Shown here: piece by piece, positions 9,101-18,623 of the stretch
Layout of the letters: every line of letters starts with the position of its first letter
How positions within the stretch are numbered: the first letter of the stretch is position 1
NCBI GenBank assembly: GCA_038231455.1
Contig: JBBRLI010000017.1
Span: 1-64,000 of the forward strand
From: Vulcanimicrobiales bacterium
Lineage (GTDB): Bacteria; Vulcanimicrobiota; Vulcanimicrobiia; Vulcanimicrobiales; Vulcanimicrobiaceae
Reading direction: 5' to 3'
Length of the DNA stretch: 64,000 nucleotides
Program-made: the position numbers and the translations under genes
The notes under the pieces: model-generated
What the model was told of the DNA's origin: nothing
What the model saw: the letters and a program-made list of their open reading frames with translations, nothing else
The model's database searches: none

Positions 9101-9493
9101 TCACTCAAGGCAAAGAAAGAAGCGCTCGAATTCTGCCCGCTCGAGCGTGCGATGCACGTCTGCGTTCATTCCGATGACCTCGATCGGGGGCGCACCTTCA
9201 TTTACTTGCGCTTCCATAAGCGGAAGAAGACTGTGCAGCGCTGCCAGGTCGATATGCTCGACATTCGTCATGTCGATTCGCTTTGCAATGCGCGCCAGGA
9301 CTGGAATCAACGCGAGCGCCAGTTCTTCGCGCCGGCGATCGTCGTAGAGTCCGTGTAGCTTCACGACAATCGCCTCGGCTTCACCGACAATCTTTGCGCT
9401 GGAACTATCGCCGACAGCTTCCACGCGATGGCCGCAATTGTGACAGAACAGTGAGCCCGGGAGGAGCGCCGTCGCGCATTTCGTGCAGGTCAT
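9101..9493 (-). CDS. zinc-ribbon + STAS (anti-sigma antagonist-like) protein
   Basis: N-terminal CTKC...FCHNCG; C-terminal IDMTNVEHIDLAALHSL...V.RTLE...F STAS pattern. Confidence 0.65.
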   Translation of the reverse strand: MTCTKCATALLPGSLFCHNCGHRVEAVGDSSSAKIVGEAEAIVVKLHGLYDDRRREELALALIPVLARIAKRIDMTNVEHIDLAALHSLLPLMEAQVNEGAPPIEVIGMNADVHRTLERAEFERFFLCLE

Positions 9494-9744
9494 TTTCGCT
9501 CTCAGGTTCGTGGAGATTGTGTTTCCGGCTCCTTCTACTTCAGATCGCTTTTCCCGGCATACGCCGCGCACCCAAACACGAGGCCATGAATCGCGCTGAT
9601 TAGCCTCGGACAGAGGCCCTTCCCTTTGGACGCGCTTTGGACGGCACGTTGCTATCGTTAGCGTACAAGTACATCCCTCGACATTAAGTCACCAGAAAAC
9701 CTCATTCGAACTTTCGTAAGCGAGTGAGCTTAAAAGGAGCAGTT

Positions 9745-10710
9745 GTGGATTCTTTTTCGACGCGCCTAACGGTCGCCGCTGTGAGCGCTTCTCTCCTCGC
9801 GCTTTCCGGCTGCGGCGGCGCAGGCACCGTCTTAGGGCCTGCGCCTGCTGGACCGGCCACGTTCGCGGTCGCTGCCGGCGGATCGGTATCGAACGAAGCC
9901 GTACAAACGCTGCAGTATTATCCACAGTCGATCACGATCGATGCGGGCGATACGGTCCAGTGGACGTTCCCATCCGGCGAGCCGCATACCGTGACGCTGC
10001 TTGGCCCGGTCACGACGCCGCCTGCGCCAAACACGCCCGCCGCACAAGCGCCGGCCGGCAGCAACACGTACGATGGCAGCGTCTACGCCAGCTCCGGTTT
10101 TCAGCTACTCGGAAAATCATACGCGATGACGTTTCCCAAACCCGGGACGTACACGTTCATCTGCTTGATCCACCAAGGCATGAAAGGGACGATCGTCGTT
10201 CAGCCCGCGGGAACGCCCTACCCCACGCAGCCCGCTGCGTATAGTGGACCGGCGATGGCGATGCAAATGGGCGACTTATCGGCGGGCTCAGCGGCCGTTT
10301 CGCAGTTTCCCTATGTCAGCGGCGGCCCGCATCTCGTCGCCGGCATTTCACCCGGCCTTGCAACCGGCGCGCCGGCAACGCCGACAGTCTTGCGTTTCCT
10401 TAGCGGACCGACACTCAACGCAACCAGCGTTACGATCAACGCTGGCCAAACCGTCACGTGGACGAATCAATCTAACAACGAGCCGCATACGGTCACGGTC
10501 GCTCCGGTGGGCGCGCCATTTCCAGCGCTCAGTCCGTTTGCGCCGCCGAGCGGTGGCAATTCATACGACGGGACGGCACTTGTTAACTCCGGCGTGCTAA
10601 TGCCGGGTGCGTCCTTTAGTCTGACGTTTACGCAACGCGGCACGTACTCGTATCACTGCATCTTCCACGATGACACGGAGAATATGATCGGGACCGTCGT
10701 GGTTCAGTAA
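9745..10710 (+). CDS. tandem cupredoxin (plastocyanin/azurin-like) lipoprotein
   Basis: AAGGAG RBS; lipobox LSGC; two type-1 Cu sites: EPHTVT...CLIHQGM and EPHTVT...CIFHDDTENM. Confidence 0.9.
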   Translation: MDSFSTRLTVAAVSASLLALSGCGGAGTVLGPAPAGPATFAVAAGGSVSNEAVQTLQYYPQSITIDAGDTVQWTFPSGEPHTVTLLGPVTTPPAPNTPAAQAPAGSNTYDGSVYASSGFQLLGKSYAMTFPKPGTYTFICLIHQGMKGTIVVQPAGTPYPTQPAAYSGPAMAMQMGDLSAGSAAVSQFPYVSGGPHLVAGISPGLATGAPATPTVLRFLSGPTLNATSVTINAGQTVTWTNQSNNEPHTVTVAPVGAPFPALSPFAPPSGGNSYDGTALVNSGVLMPGASFSLTFTQRGTYSYHCIFHDDTENMIGTVVVQ

Positions 10711-10820
10711 GTCAATATGAGATGAGCAGAGCGCTTGCAACACGATCGGCTCGTTTCGTTTCGCACTTGGGCTGGGCTGGGCAATACGGCAATTCGTTCC
10801 GGTCCCGTTGCCCGCGACGG

Positions 10821-12077
10821 CTAGTTCCATCGGCGCAGCGCGAGAGCGCCGCGCCGCCGGTACGGCGCAAACGCCGGCTCGATCCCTTCGAAGACGGTCC
10901 ACGGATCGCGTACGGCGTGCATTGCATCGAGCGCGCAGCGAAGCCACGCTGCGTCACCCGCGCCGGCAGCCGCCATCGCGATCGCGAACGCCCGATCGCC
11001 GCGTCGCACGAATCCCGGGCCTGTCGCAATGCGCAGCGCGCGATCGAGCTTGCCGCAGCGCGAGTATCCATAGGCGCGCACGGCCTGCATTTGTGGTTCG
11101 AACTCGCCGTCCGCGGCTTCCTCGATTGCGGCGATGGCTTCGCGCGGCCGGTCGAGCGCGCAGAGCGCCTTAACATAGTAGTAACGCGCGACGGCCCCAA
11201 CCGCCGGTGCGAGAACGAGCTGCGGTTCGAGCCGTCGCACGGCATCGGCCGGATCGCCACGAAAGAGTGCGAACGCGCCGCCGCTCGCGCGGTAGACGTT
11301 CCCGACATCGCATGCGAGAGCGGCTGAGAGGTCAACTTCTGCAGCCACCACATCGCCGTCGATTGCCGCGATCCATGAGCGCGCGTGTAGCGCGCGGCCG
11401 CACGCGCGCGGAACGTCAAGCGCGCGCCGGAGATACGCGCGAGCCGACACGGTATCGAAGTCGGCGAATAACGCGATTTCAGCGGCCGCGTGGAGCGCGG
11501 TTGCCGAGGCCGGGTCTGCTTGGAGCGCTCGGAAGACTGAACGGCGCGCGCGCGGCCAGAGGTTCGCGTCGGCGTGCCGGTATTCGATCCGCAAGACGGT
11601 CGCGAGCGCGTACCCCGCAAGCGCTTCGGCGTCGTTCGGGACAGCCTCCAGCTGCAGTTCGAAGGAACGCTCCGCGTGCAACAGCGACGCTCCATCGCGC
11701 CGGTCCAAGAGTGCATGGGCTGCAGCGGTCGAGCCTCGGCGGACCGGAGCCAGCGCGCGAACCGTCGACTCGCTTCGCTCGACGATCCCGTCGAACCGAT
11801 AACCGACGCGCGGAATCGTACGGATCGCATCACGCATCCCGCGGGGATCGAGCGCTTCGCGCAGGAGATACACGTTTTGCGCGAGATTTGCATCGCTTGC
11901 GATCCCGCTCGGCCACGCGGCGCCGATCAGGTCGTTCGCAGAAACGACGGCCGGTGCGTGCCGCAACAATCCCAGCAGCACCTTGACGGCGCGCGGCAGC
12001 AACGGCACCGGCACATCGCACGCGTAAAGTACGCGCTCGTCGGCGTCGATCCGAAACGTCCCGAACGCGAACTGCAT
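10821..12077 (-). CDS. OmpR/CadC-type winged-helix + TPR transcriptional regulator
   Basis: FAFG.F.ID, NLAQNVYLLR.AL, IRTIPRVGYRF, then TPR-like helices. Confidence 0.88.
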   Translation of the reverse strand: MQFAFGTFRIDADERVLYACDVPVPLLPRAVKVLLGLLRHAPAVVSANDLIGAAWPSGIASDANLAQNVYLLREALDPRGMRDAIRTIPRVGYRFDGIVERSESTVRALAPVRRGSTAAAHALLDRRDGASLLHAERSFELQLEAVPNDAEALAGYALATVLRIEYRHADANLWPRARRSVFRALQADPASATALHAAAEIALFADFDTVSARAYLRRALDVPRACGRALHARSWIAAIDGDVVAAEVDLSAALACDVGNVYRASGGAFALFRGDPADAVRRLEPQLVLAPAVGAVARYYYVKALCALDRPREAIAAIEEAADGEFEPQMQAVRAYGYSRCGKLDRALRIATGPGFVRRGDRAFAIAMAAAGAGDAAWLRCALDAMHAVRDPWTVFEGIEPAFAPYRRRGALALRRWN

Positions 12078-12127
12078 CCCGTCCGAATTTGATGTCTTCT
12101 TAAGATCGCCTGGGCTATGCTCGCGGC

Positions 12128-12700
12128 ATGAAGATACGCACCGCCCTCGCCACGATCGCGCTGATGCTCTCCGGGAGTGCGATCGCTCCGGCGCAATCGC
12201 CGGCACCGGCCAACCCGCCCCCTCGGCCGGAATGCGGCGCGCTCCGAGCGGGTGGCCCAATGCACTTCTGGGTCGGCAAATGGGACGCAAAGATCCAAGG
12301 CCAAAGCATCGGCGTCAACGATATCACGGCCGAAGCTGGCGGCTGCGCCGTCGCCGAACACTGGACGGACAAGACATCGACTGGCACCAGCCTCACGTAC
12401 TATGACGCTGGCGACAAAGCGTGGCATCAACTTTACGTCGGGAGCGGTTCGGCCGTTTACGCATACACCGGAAGTGCCGATGCGAAGGAACTCCACATGA
12501 CCGGCACGATCGCAACGCCGAAGGGCACGGTTCAAAGCCACCTCATCGTCGAACAGATCGACGCCGACACCGTGCGTCAACGCATCGACACGTCGACCGA
12601 CGGCGGAAAGACCTTCAAGTCCGTCTTCGATGCGCTCTATCACCGGATACACGAACGAATCGGGTTGCGGAGAATAGTCGGGCATCCCCACAAACGGTAA
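12128..12700 (+). CDS. exported beta-barrel hypothetical protein (DUF1579-like)
   Basis: Signal peptide; FWVGKWD, GC...E.W, W.Q.Y, S.DGGKTF; divergent from the wHTH-TPR regulator. Confidence 0.7.
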   Translation: MKIRTALATIALMLSGSAIAPAQSPAPANPPPRPECGALRAGGPMHFWVGKWDAKIQGQSIGVNDITAEAGGCAVAEHWTDKTSTGTSLTYYDAGDKAWHQLYVGSGSAVYAYTGSADAKELHMTGTIATPKGTVQSHLIVEQIDADTVRQRIDTSTDGGKTFKSVFDALYHRIHERIGLRRIVGHPHKR

Positions 12701-12723
12701 GACTCCAAGTATGTGGTGACGGG

Positions 12724-13374
12724 TTAAAGCGTATTTTCGCGAACGATGCGATCGGCGGCGGCAGCCGGTAGTGCGGGGGCGATCATCAACATAATGAGAT
12801 CTCCGTGGTTCCAACGGCGAATTGGAATCGTCCCTACGTGGTGAAACATCCGCCCATCCTTCCCTTTGCCGACAACATCGAAGCGAGCGATCGGCGGTTC
12901 AGCGAGGGCCGTCATTTCATCGATAATGATGCGGTAATATCGGCCGCGGATTTTGGTTTGATAAAAAAGCTCAACAACCGGGATCGACGCTTTTTGCGCG
13001 ACGCTCGCATATTGTAGGACGGTTTGCTCAGGTAGTCCGACCGGCACGACGATCGGAAATGGCAAACGTTGCTGCGCCTGCGCAATCGTGAGCCGATCGT
13101 CACGATGAATCATCGGCGGAAGCGGTTTCGTCGATCCCATGCCCATGAAATGCTCGTAACTTGCGCGCAGCGTACCGGAAGCCTGAGCGGTAAGGCCGGC
13201 TAGCACGAGCGCGCCGAGGACCGCGCTTGCGTAGACGAAGCCGCGGGAGGCGGGTTGCGGGCGCACAACCAGCGATGTTGTGGGCGCCCACGGTCCCGGC
13301 GGGAGAGTTGGAAGAGCGATGCGCGTGAATCGCCGCTCGATCGCTGCTTTGATTGGTTGGAAATCATTCATCAT
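12724..13374 (-). CDS. putative membrane anti-sigma factor
   Basis: Single TM helix, AQQRLPF.IV.P..LP motif; 4-bp overlap with the upstream ECF gene. Confidence 0.6.
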   Translation of the reverse strand: MMNDFQPIKAAIERRFTRIALPTLPPGPWAPTTSLVVRPQPASRGFVYASAVLGALVLAGLTAQASGTLRASYEHFMGMGSTKPLPPMIHRDDRLTIAQAQQRLPFPIVVPVGLPEQTVLQYASVAQKASIPVVELFYQTKIRGRYYRIIIDEMTALAEPPIARFDVVGKGKDGRMFHHVGTIPIRRWNHGDLIMLMIAPALPAAAADRIVRENTL

Positions 13375-13931
13375 ATTGTCTCCGGCGCCGACACGGGCGC
13401 AGACGAATCGCAGAGAAGTGGACGTAAGCGGTGCCGGGCGATCATCAATCGGAAGCGTACCGTCGCTGCCGGTACGCCGAGCGCGCGGCCGACTTCACTA
13501 CTCGTCAAGCCGACGAAATAATACAGTTCGAGCGCGAGCCGTAATGGCTCGGATAGCTTCCCGATCGCGGCTTCGAGATCGAGTCGGTCCGTTGGGTCAT
13601 CGCTTGTCGCGACATCGGTCGCCGCTTCGTAGCCGACCGTTTCTCGTCGTTGAAGTCGCACGCGAGCGCGGGCGTGATCGCGTGCTTGCCAGACAACGAT
13701 CCGGTAGGCCCATGCGGGAAATGCGCCGATGTCGGAAAGGGTCGGCAATTTCGCACAAATCGCAGCACAAGCGGCCTGCGCTGCATCTTCCGCCGCTCCG
13801 CGTTCGCCTAAGATGGACCACGAGATTCGGAACGCGTTCGGCCAGATGGCACCGGCGAGGGCCTCATAGTCCGCTTCGCCCCCGGTCGAGGCGGCTCTCG
13901 CCAGGTCGGAGAGACGAACAACATCATTCAC
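13371..13931 (-). CDS. ECF sigma-70 factor
   Basis: AEDAAQ, AF.AW.YRI, L.Y..GL...EV...LG.P..TVR.RL..AR. Start chosen at GTG 13931. Confidence 0.9.
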   Translation of the reverse strand: MNDVVRLSDLARAASTGGEADYEALAGAIWPNAFRISWSILGERGAAEDAAQAACAAICAKLPTLSDIGAFPAWAYRIVVWQARDHARARVRLQRRETVGYEAATDVATSDDPTDRLDLEAAIGKLSEPLRLALELYYFVGLTSSEVGRALGVPAATVRFRLMIARHRLRPLLCDSSAPVSAPETI

Positions 13932-14028
13932 ATCGGAGAAGACGTCAGCGGGGCCCGAAGTGTTTGCGCGACCCGCGCAGACGAGCGAAAGCGGGCGGTG
14001 AATGAACGGACCCGCAGAAGCAAACGGG

Positions 14029-15821
14029 ATGCGCGCGACCATCGCCCGCGTCCTCGCTGCACTTCTCGCGGGCGTCGGCCTCCTGCTCGCGTTTCTTTAC
14101 GTTGCGGTCAACGCGCCCGGGGTACGCTCGCGCTCTCTGCGGCCGTTTTGCGTGGCGGCCCCGCTGCCCAAATTGTGGCGGTTGCCCCCGGCGGCCCAGC
14201 GGATCGGGCAGGCATCCATGTTGGCGACATCGTGCGCGCGCCCCGAACCCCCATCGATATGCTCGTGCTATCGAACGCACCGATCGTAGCGGAGAACGAG
14301 CGTGTTGCCTTCGAGGTCGAGCGCAACCACCGACGATTCGACGTGGCGTTCACGGCGGCGCGTGATCCAGGTACGCCGCTTTTCGAAGGTGTGCTCTTTG
14401 CCATAATTGCCATTCCGTTGCTGCTGCTGGGATTCGTCGTCATCTGGACGCGACCCGAAGATCGCGACACGCGCACGATTGGCACCATTCTCTTACTTCT
14501 CGGAATTTTTACGGCGACGCCCGATCGTGTCGGATCGCCGCTCGACCGCGTTGTCGTCTACGAATGCCTCTCGAGTTGTATTGTCATATTTGCAATCTTT
14601 CTAACGGCCGTCTTCTTCGCGCGCTATGCGGAAGGAACGGTGCGCTCACGCGCTACCAACGCCTTGCTCATCTCCGCCGTTATATCGACCCTGCTAGGAC
14701 TCAGCGTGGTACCGTGGTACATCGCGCCGGCCTTGTGGGGTCGCGTCGATCTTCTCGAGTGGCTTTCCAACTCCACAATCATCACTCCGGCATGCGCGAT
14801 CGTGGGATTTTTTGTCGCGTATCGCATATCGGACCAAGGACAACGCACGCGCCTGCGTTTTCTCGCAACCATGTTTGCGATCGGCTACAGCGGCCTGGTG
14901 ACGCTTCCGCCGTTAACGATCGCGCTCGGACCGGCGTTCAACGTGTTCGATCAAGCAGCTTGCGTTGCGACGCTCTTCCCATTTGCCATCGGGATGACGT
15001 ATGGGATCTTGCGTCGCCGCATCGTCGACGTCGCCTTCGTGCTCAACCGCGCAATCGTCTTCAGCCTCGTCTCGGCGCTGATCGTCGCGGGGTTCATTCT
15101 CATTGAAACCTCGGCTGGGACGTTGCTCGTGAACGCCTCGCGCACCACGGGATTTGTCGTGCAAGTGGGCATCGCGGTTGTTATCGGCCTCTCGCTGAGG
15201 CCGATTCACGATCGCGTCGACCGCATCGTGGACCAGGTCTTCTTTGCCCGCCGCTATGCTGCCGAACGAGCGCTGAAACAACTCGGAACCGACGTCCATT
15301 TTATCGTCGACCGCGACCGACTTGCAGCGCGCGTTTTACGCGAGATCGCGCAGAACACGGATGTCGAGCGTGTGGCGATCTTTACGCGCGATGACGCCGA
15401 CGGCCGTTTTTCGCTGCTCGATGCCTACGGCAACGCGCCGCTCTTCGTTGCTGCGGATGATGATGCGGTCATTCGCCTGATCGTCGATGAAGCACCGGTC
15501 GACCTTCACCGCATCGCAACCGCGATTCCGGGCGAACTCGCGCTGCCGCTGGCAATTCGAAAATCGCTCATCGGCGTGCTCGCGCTAGGAAACAAGCGGT
15601 CCGGTGAAGCGTTCGCTCCGGATGAAATCCTGCAGCTTCGCATGCTCGGCCCGCAAATTGCCGCGGCGCTCGTTGTAGGGCGAACGAGCAGCGCGCCGTC
15701 AGCCGACCCGACACTGAACGAGATCGCGGCGGAACTACGGATGATTCGCGGCGAGTTGCGAGCGCTCACGCAGATAATTTACGACGGCGAAGAGCCACTA
15801 GGAGCCGATGGGCGCCTCTGA
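14029..15821 (+). CDS. multi-TM sensor-like protein with PDZ and C-terminal GAF domain; frameshift near 14120
   Basis: ATG 14029 gives a TM helix (MRATIARVLAALLAGVGLLLAFLYV) in one frame. The PDZ (VAPGGPADRAGI.VGD), ~8 TM helices, YGILRRR..D, and GAF (LIGVLALG.K.SGE.F) are in another frame. Confidence 0.7.
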
Positions 15822-16065
15822 TGACCCAATCAAGTATTCTCGCATCTGCCTGAATGAGCAATCCAAGCGCTCTCGGCTGGAGCTCCGATCGTCCAGCGGT
15901 AGAATCTGCAAACGAGCGAGCTTTTCTCGCAGGGGTTGTTTAACCAGCATCACACTTTCTCGGTCTTCGTCTCTTACAGATCTTGTAAAAGTAACGGGAG
16001 TGTTTCTTCTCACGATCCTGATCTTTTGATTTACGTTTTGGTCCTGTTTGTCGATTGGGGGACTA

Positions 16066-16986
16066 ATGCATGTTCTCTACAGGCTCTTCTGTACGACGCT
16101 GATTTCGGCGGCCGTTTTCACCGCCTTGCCGATGTCTGCGCTTGGATCAGAGAGCCCCGTTGTGGATCGGTACGCTTCGGCTCTTGCTTCAGCAAATGGT
16201 CGCCTATCCGCCGTTGACCGCCGCGATCTTGCCGAACGTTTGCTTCTTCTTTCATCATATTATCAGATCGATCCGCGCTTACTACTCGCTGTCGTATCCG
16301 TGGAATCAAATTGGCGTTCTGGAGCAACGTCGCCCGTCGGTGCTTTAGGCTACGGTCAATTGATGCCGGCGACAGCAGCGTCCCTACGCGTTCAACCGAT
16401 GGAACCATACGAGAATCTCGATGGCACGGCTCGTTATCTGCGCCGTATGATCATGCTTCATTGGAAGGCTGACACGATAACGCGCATTCGTTTAGCCGCG
16501 GCTTCTTATAATGCCGGGCCGTACGCGGTCCAAAGATACGGCGGCATTCCGCCGTATCGCGAGACGCGCGAGTATGTTGCCCGAATAGTTTCACAATGGC
16601 GACACTTTACCGCACTCCTGAATCAACCGTCGAAATCCGAGGTGTCGACACTGCTTGCGCACATCGAACCCCCATCTCCCATGCGGTCAGCCCTCCGGTT
16701 TGTGATTAGCGATGAGGAGCCCGGCTCTTACGACTACTTCTCACGAGCGAATCAACCAACCGTAACCGCGATTATTCGCAAGTCGCACGCCAAAAGTGTC
16801 GTAAATCGCACACTCAAAATAGCTGCAAGAAAATCGCCCCAAGTCATCGCCTCTCTTGATGCCCGCACAAAAGTTGCAGCGGAACCCGTCGTCCACTATG
16901 AGACATCTCGTTCATTTTTTGCACGTGCGCTTGGCATGAAGCACCGTGTCGTCGAGGCAACTCCGCAACCCGAACCGCTTTACTAG
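16066..16986 (+). CDS. lytic transglycosylase (SLT domain), exported
   Basis: [34 protein letters not shown]. Confidence 0.92.
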   Translation: MHVLYRLFCTTLISAAVFTALPMSALGSESPVVDRYASALASANGRLSAVDRRDLAERLLLLSSYYQIDPRLLLAVVSVESNWRSGATSPVGALGYGQLMPATAASLRVQPMEPYENLDGTARYLRRMIMLHWKADTITRIRLAAASYNAGPYAVQRYGGIPPYRETREYVARIVSQWRHFTALLNQPSKSEVSTLLAHIEPPSPMRSALRFVISDEEPGSYDYFSRANQPTVTAIIRKSHAKSVVNRTLKIAARKSPQVIASLDARTKVAAEPVVHYETSRSFFARALGMKHRVVEATPQPEPLY

Positions 16987-17056
16987 GGGATACCCGCGAC
17001 TGTTCTTCCGTACAAGCGCAACCCCCGATGCCAAATCGAGAGTCAAATTGGGTACG

Positions 17057-17581
17057 ATGGAAAAGCAATCAAATCAAGTCACCGAGCGTGCCGTTCTTGC
17101 CGGCGGATGCTTCTGGGGCGTCCAGGACCTCGTCCGACGCCAGCCCGGCGTGATCGCCACCCGAGTCGGATACTCCGGTGGCAACGTGCCGAACGCGACG
17201 TATCGCAATCACGGGACGCATGCCGAGGCGATCGAGATCGTCTTCGATCCAGCGCGCACGAGCTTCCGGACGATCTTGGAATTTTTCTTCCAAATTCATG
17301 ACCCAAGTACGCTCAACCGGCAGGGCAACGACCGCGGTTTGAGTTATCGCTCGGCGATTTTCTACACGAGCGAGGAGCAAAAACGCATTGCGATCGATAC
17401 GATCGCCGATGTGGATGCGTCGGGAATCTGGCCAGGAAAAGTCGTCACCGAAGTTGCCGCCGTTGGTGATTTCTGGGAAGCCGAGCCCGAACACCAAGAC
17501 TATCTCGAGAAATATCCCGCCGGCTACACCTGCCACTTCATTCGCCCGGATTGGAAGCTCCCGGCGCTACGCTCTCGGTAA
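17057..17581 (+). CDS. msrA: peptide-methionine (S)-S-oxide reductase
   Basis: [33 protein letters not shown]. Confidence 0.96.
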   Translation: MEKQSNQVTERAVLAGGCFWGVQDLVRRQPGVIATRVGYSGGNVPNATYRNHGTHAEAIEIVFDPARTSFRTILEFFFQIHDPSTLNRQGNDRGLSYRSAIFYTSEEQKRIAIDTIADVDASGIWPGKVVTEVAAVGDFWEAEPEHQDYLEKYPAGYTCHFIRPDWKLPALRSR

Positions 17582-17585
17582 AGCG

Positions 17586-18623
17586 CTAGGTCGCGGCCAT
17601 GATCTTTTCCCAGTCATCACGCCCGATGCGGAGTTCCGTCTCCGCGAGGTCGCGTAGCGGGGTCTCGACGAGATTTTCGCGCTCGCAGAGGTCGCGCGCT
17701 CCGGTCTGAACGTAGAGCAGGCCGGTCATAAGCTCGTGTTGAGCGCGGGCTTCGTGTAGCATGCGCATCGCGCCGACACGATCGGTCGCATCGTACCCGT
17801 GATCGATCTTGCGCAAGACGACGTGCGAGCCGTCTTCAAGTTCGATATCTTGCGCTGAGCCTGGCTCGTAATCCACCACGATGTCGTCGGAGCCTTTGAT
17901 AAAATCCGGGGCGTTGAGTTCGAGGTCGTGGTCTTTGACATACGCGTAGCTCTTCGTCGATCCGGCGTGGTCGTTGAACGTCACGCAGGGACTCACGATG
18001 TCGATGAGCGAGGTGCCACGATGCGCGAAGGCGGCCTGCAAGAGCGGCACGAGTTGCTTGCCATCGCCGGAGAATGAACGCGCGACGAATGTGGCCCCGA
18101 GCTCGATCGCAAGCCCGCAGACATCGATCGTCTCGTACTCATTTGCGACGCCGCCTTTGCTTGTCGAACCCACGTCGGCCGTTGCCGAAAACTGGCCTTT
18201 GGTGAGGCCATACACGCCGTTGTTCTCGACAAGATACGTCACATCGACGTTGCGTCGTACCATATGACAGAACTGACCGAGGCCGATACTTGCGGTATCG
18301 CCGTCTCCGGAGATGCCAAGCACCAGGAGGTCGCGGTTCGCAAGTTTCGTCCCGGTCGCAGCCGACGGCATGCGGCCGTGCAAACCGTTGAAGCCGTGCG
18401 AATGTTCCACGAAATAGGCTGGGGTCTTGGAAGAACACCCGATCCCGCTCATCTTCGCGAGCAGATGCGGCTCGACGCCGAATTCGTACAGCGCCTTGAT
18501 GAGGTGGTTCGTAATCGAGTTATGGCCGCAGCCGGCGCAGAGCGTCGTCGGAAGCCCTTTGTACACATCGCGCGGCAAGCCGATGATGTTGAGCGCAATG
18601 CTTGTCATCGTGTCATTCCCCAC
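17586..18623 (-). CDS. korB: 2-oxoacid:ferredoxin oxidoreductase beta subunit
   Basis: LCAGCGH, SGIGCSS, HGR, GDGD TPP motif, NGVYGLTKGQ.S, SPCVTFN. Confidence 0.93.
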   Translation of the reverse strand: MGNDTMTSIALNIIGLPRDVYKGLPTTLCAGCGHNSITNHLIKALYEFGVEPHLLAKMSGIGCSSKTPAYFVEHSHGFNGLHGRMPSAATGTKLANRDLLVLGISGDGDTASIGLGQFCHMVRRNVDVTYLVENNGVYGLTKGQFSATADVGSTSKGGVANEYETIDVCGLAIELGATFVARSFSGDGKQLVPLLQAAFAHRGTSLIDIVSPCVTFNDHAGSTKSYAYVKDHDLELNAPDFIKGSDDIVVDYEPGSAQDIELEDGSHVVLRKIDHGYDATDRVGAMRMLHEARAQHELMTGLLYVQTGARDLCERENLVETPLRDLAETELRIGRDDWEKIMAAT

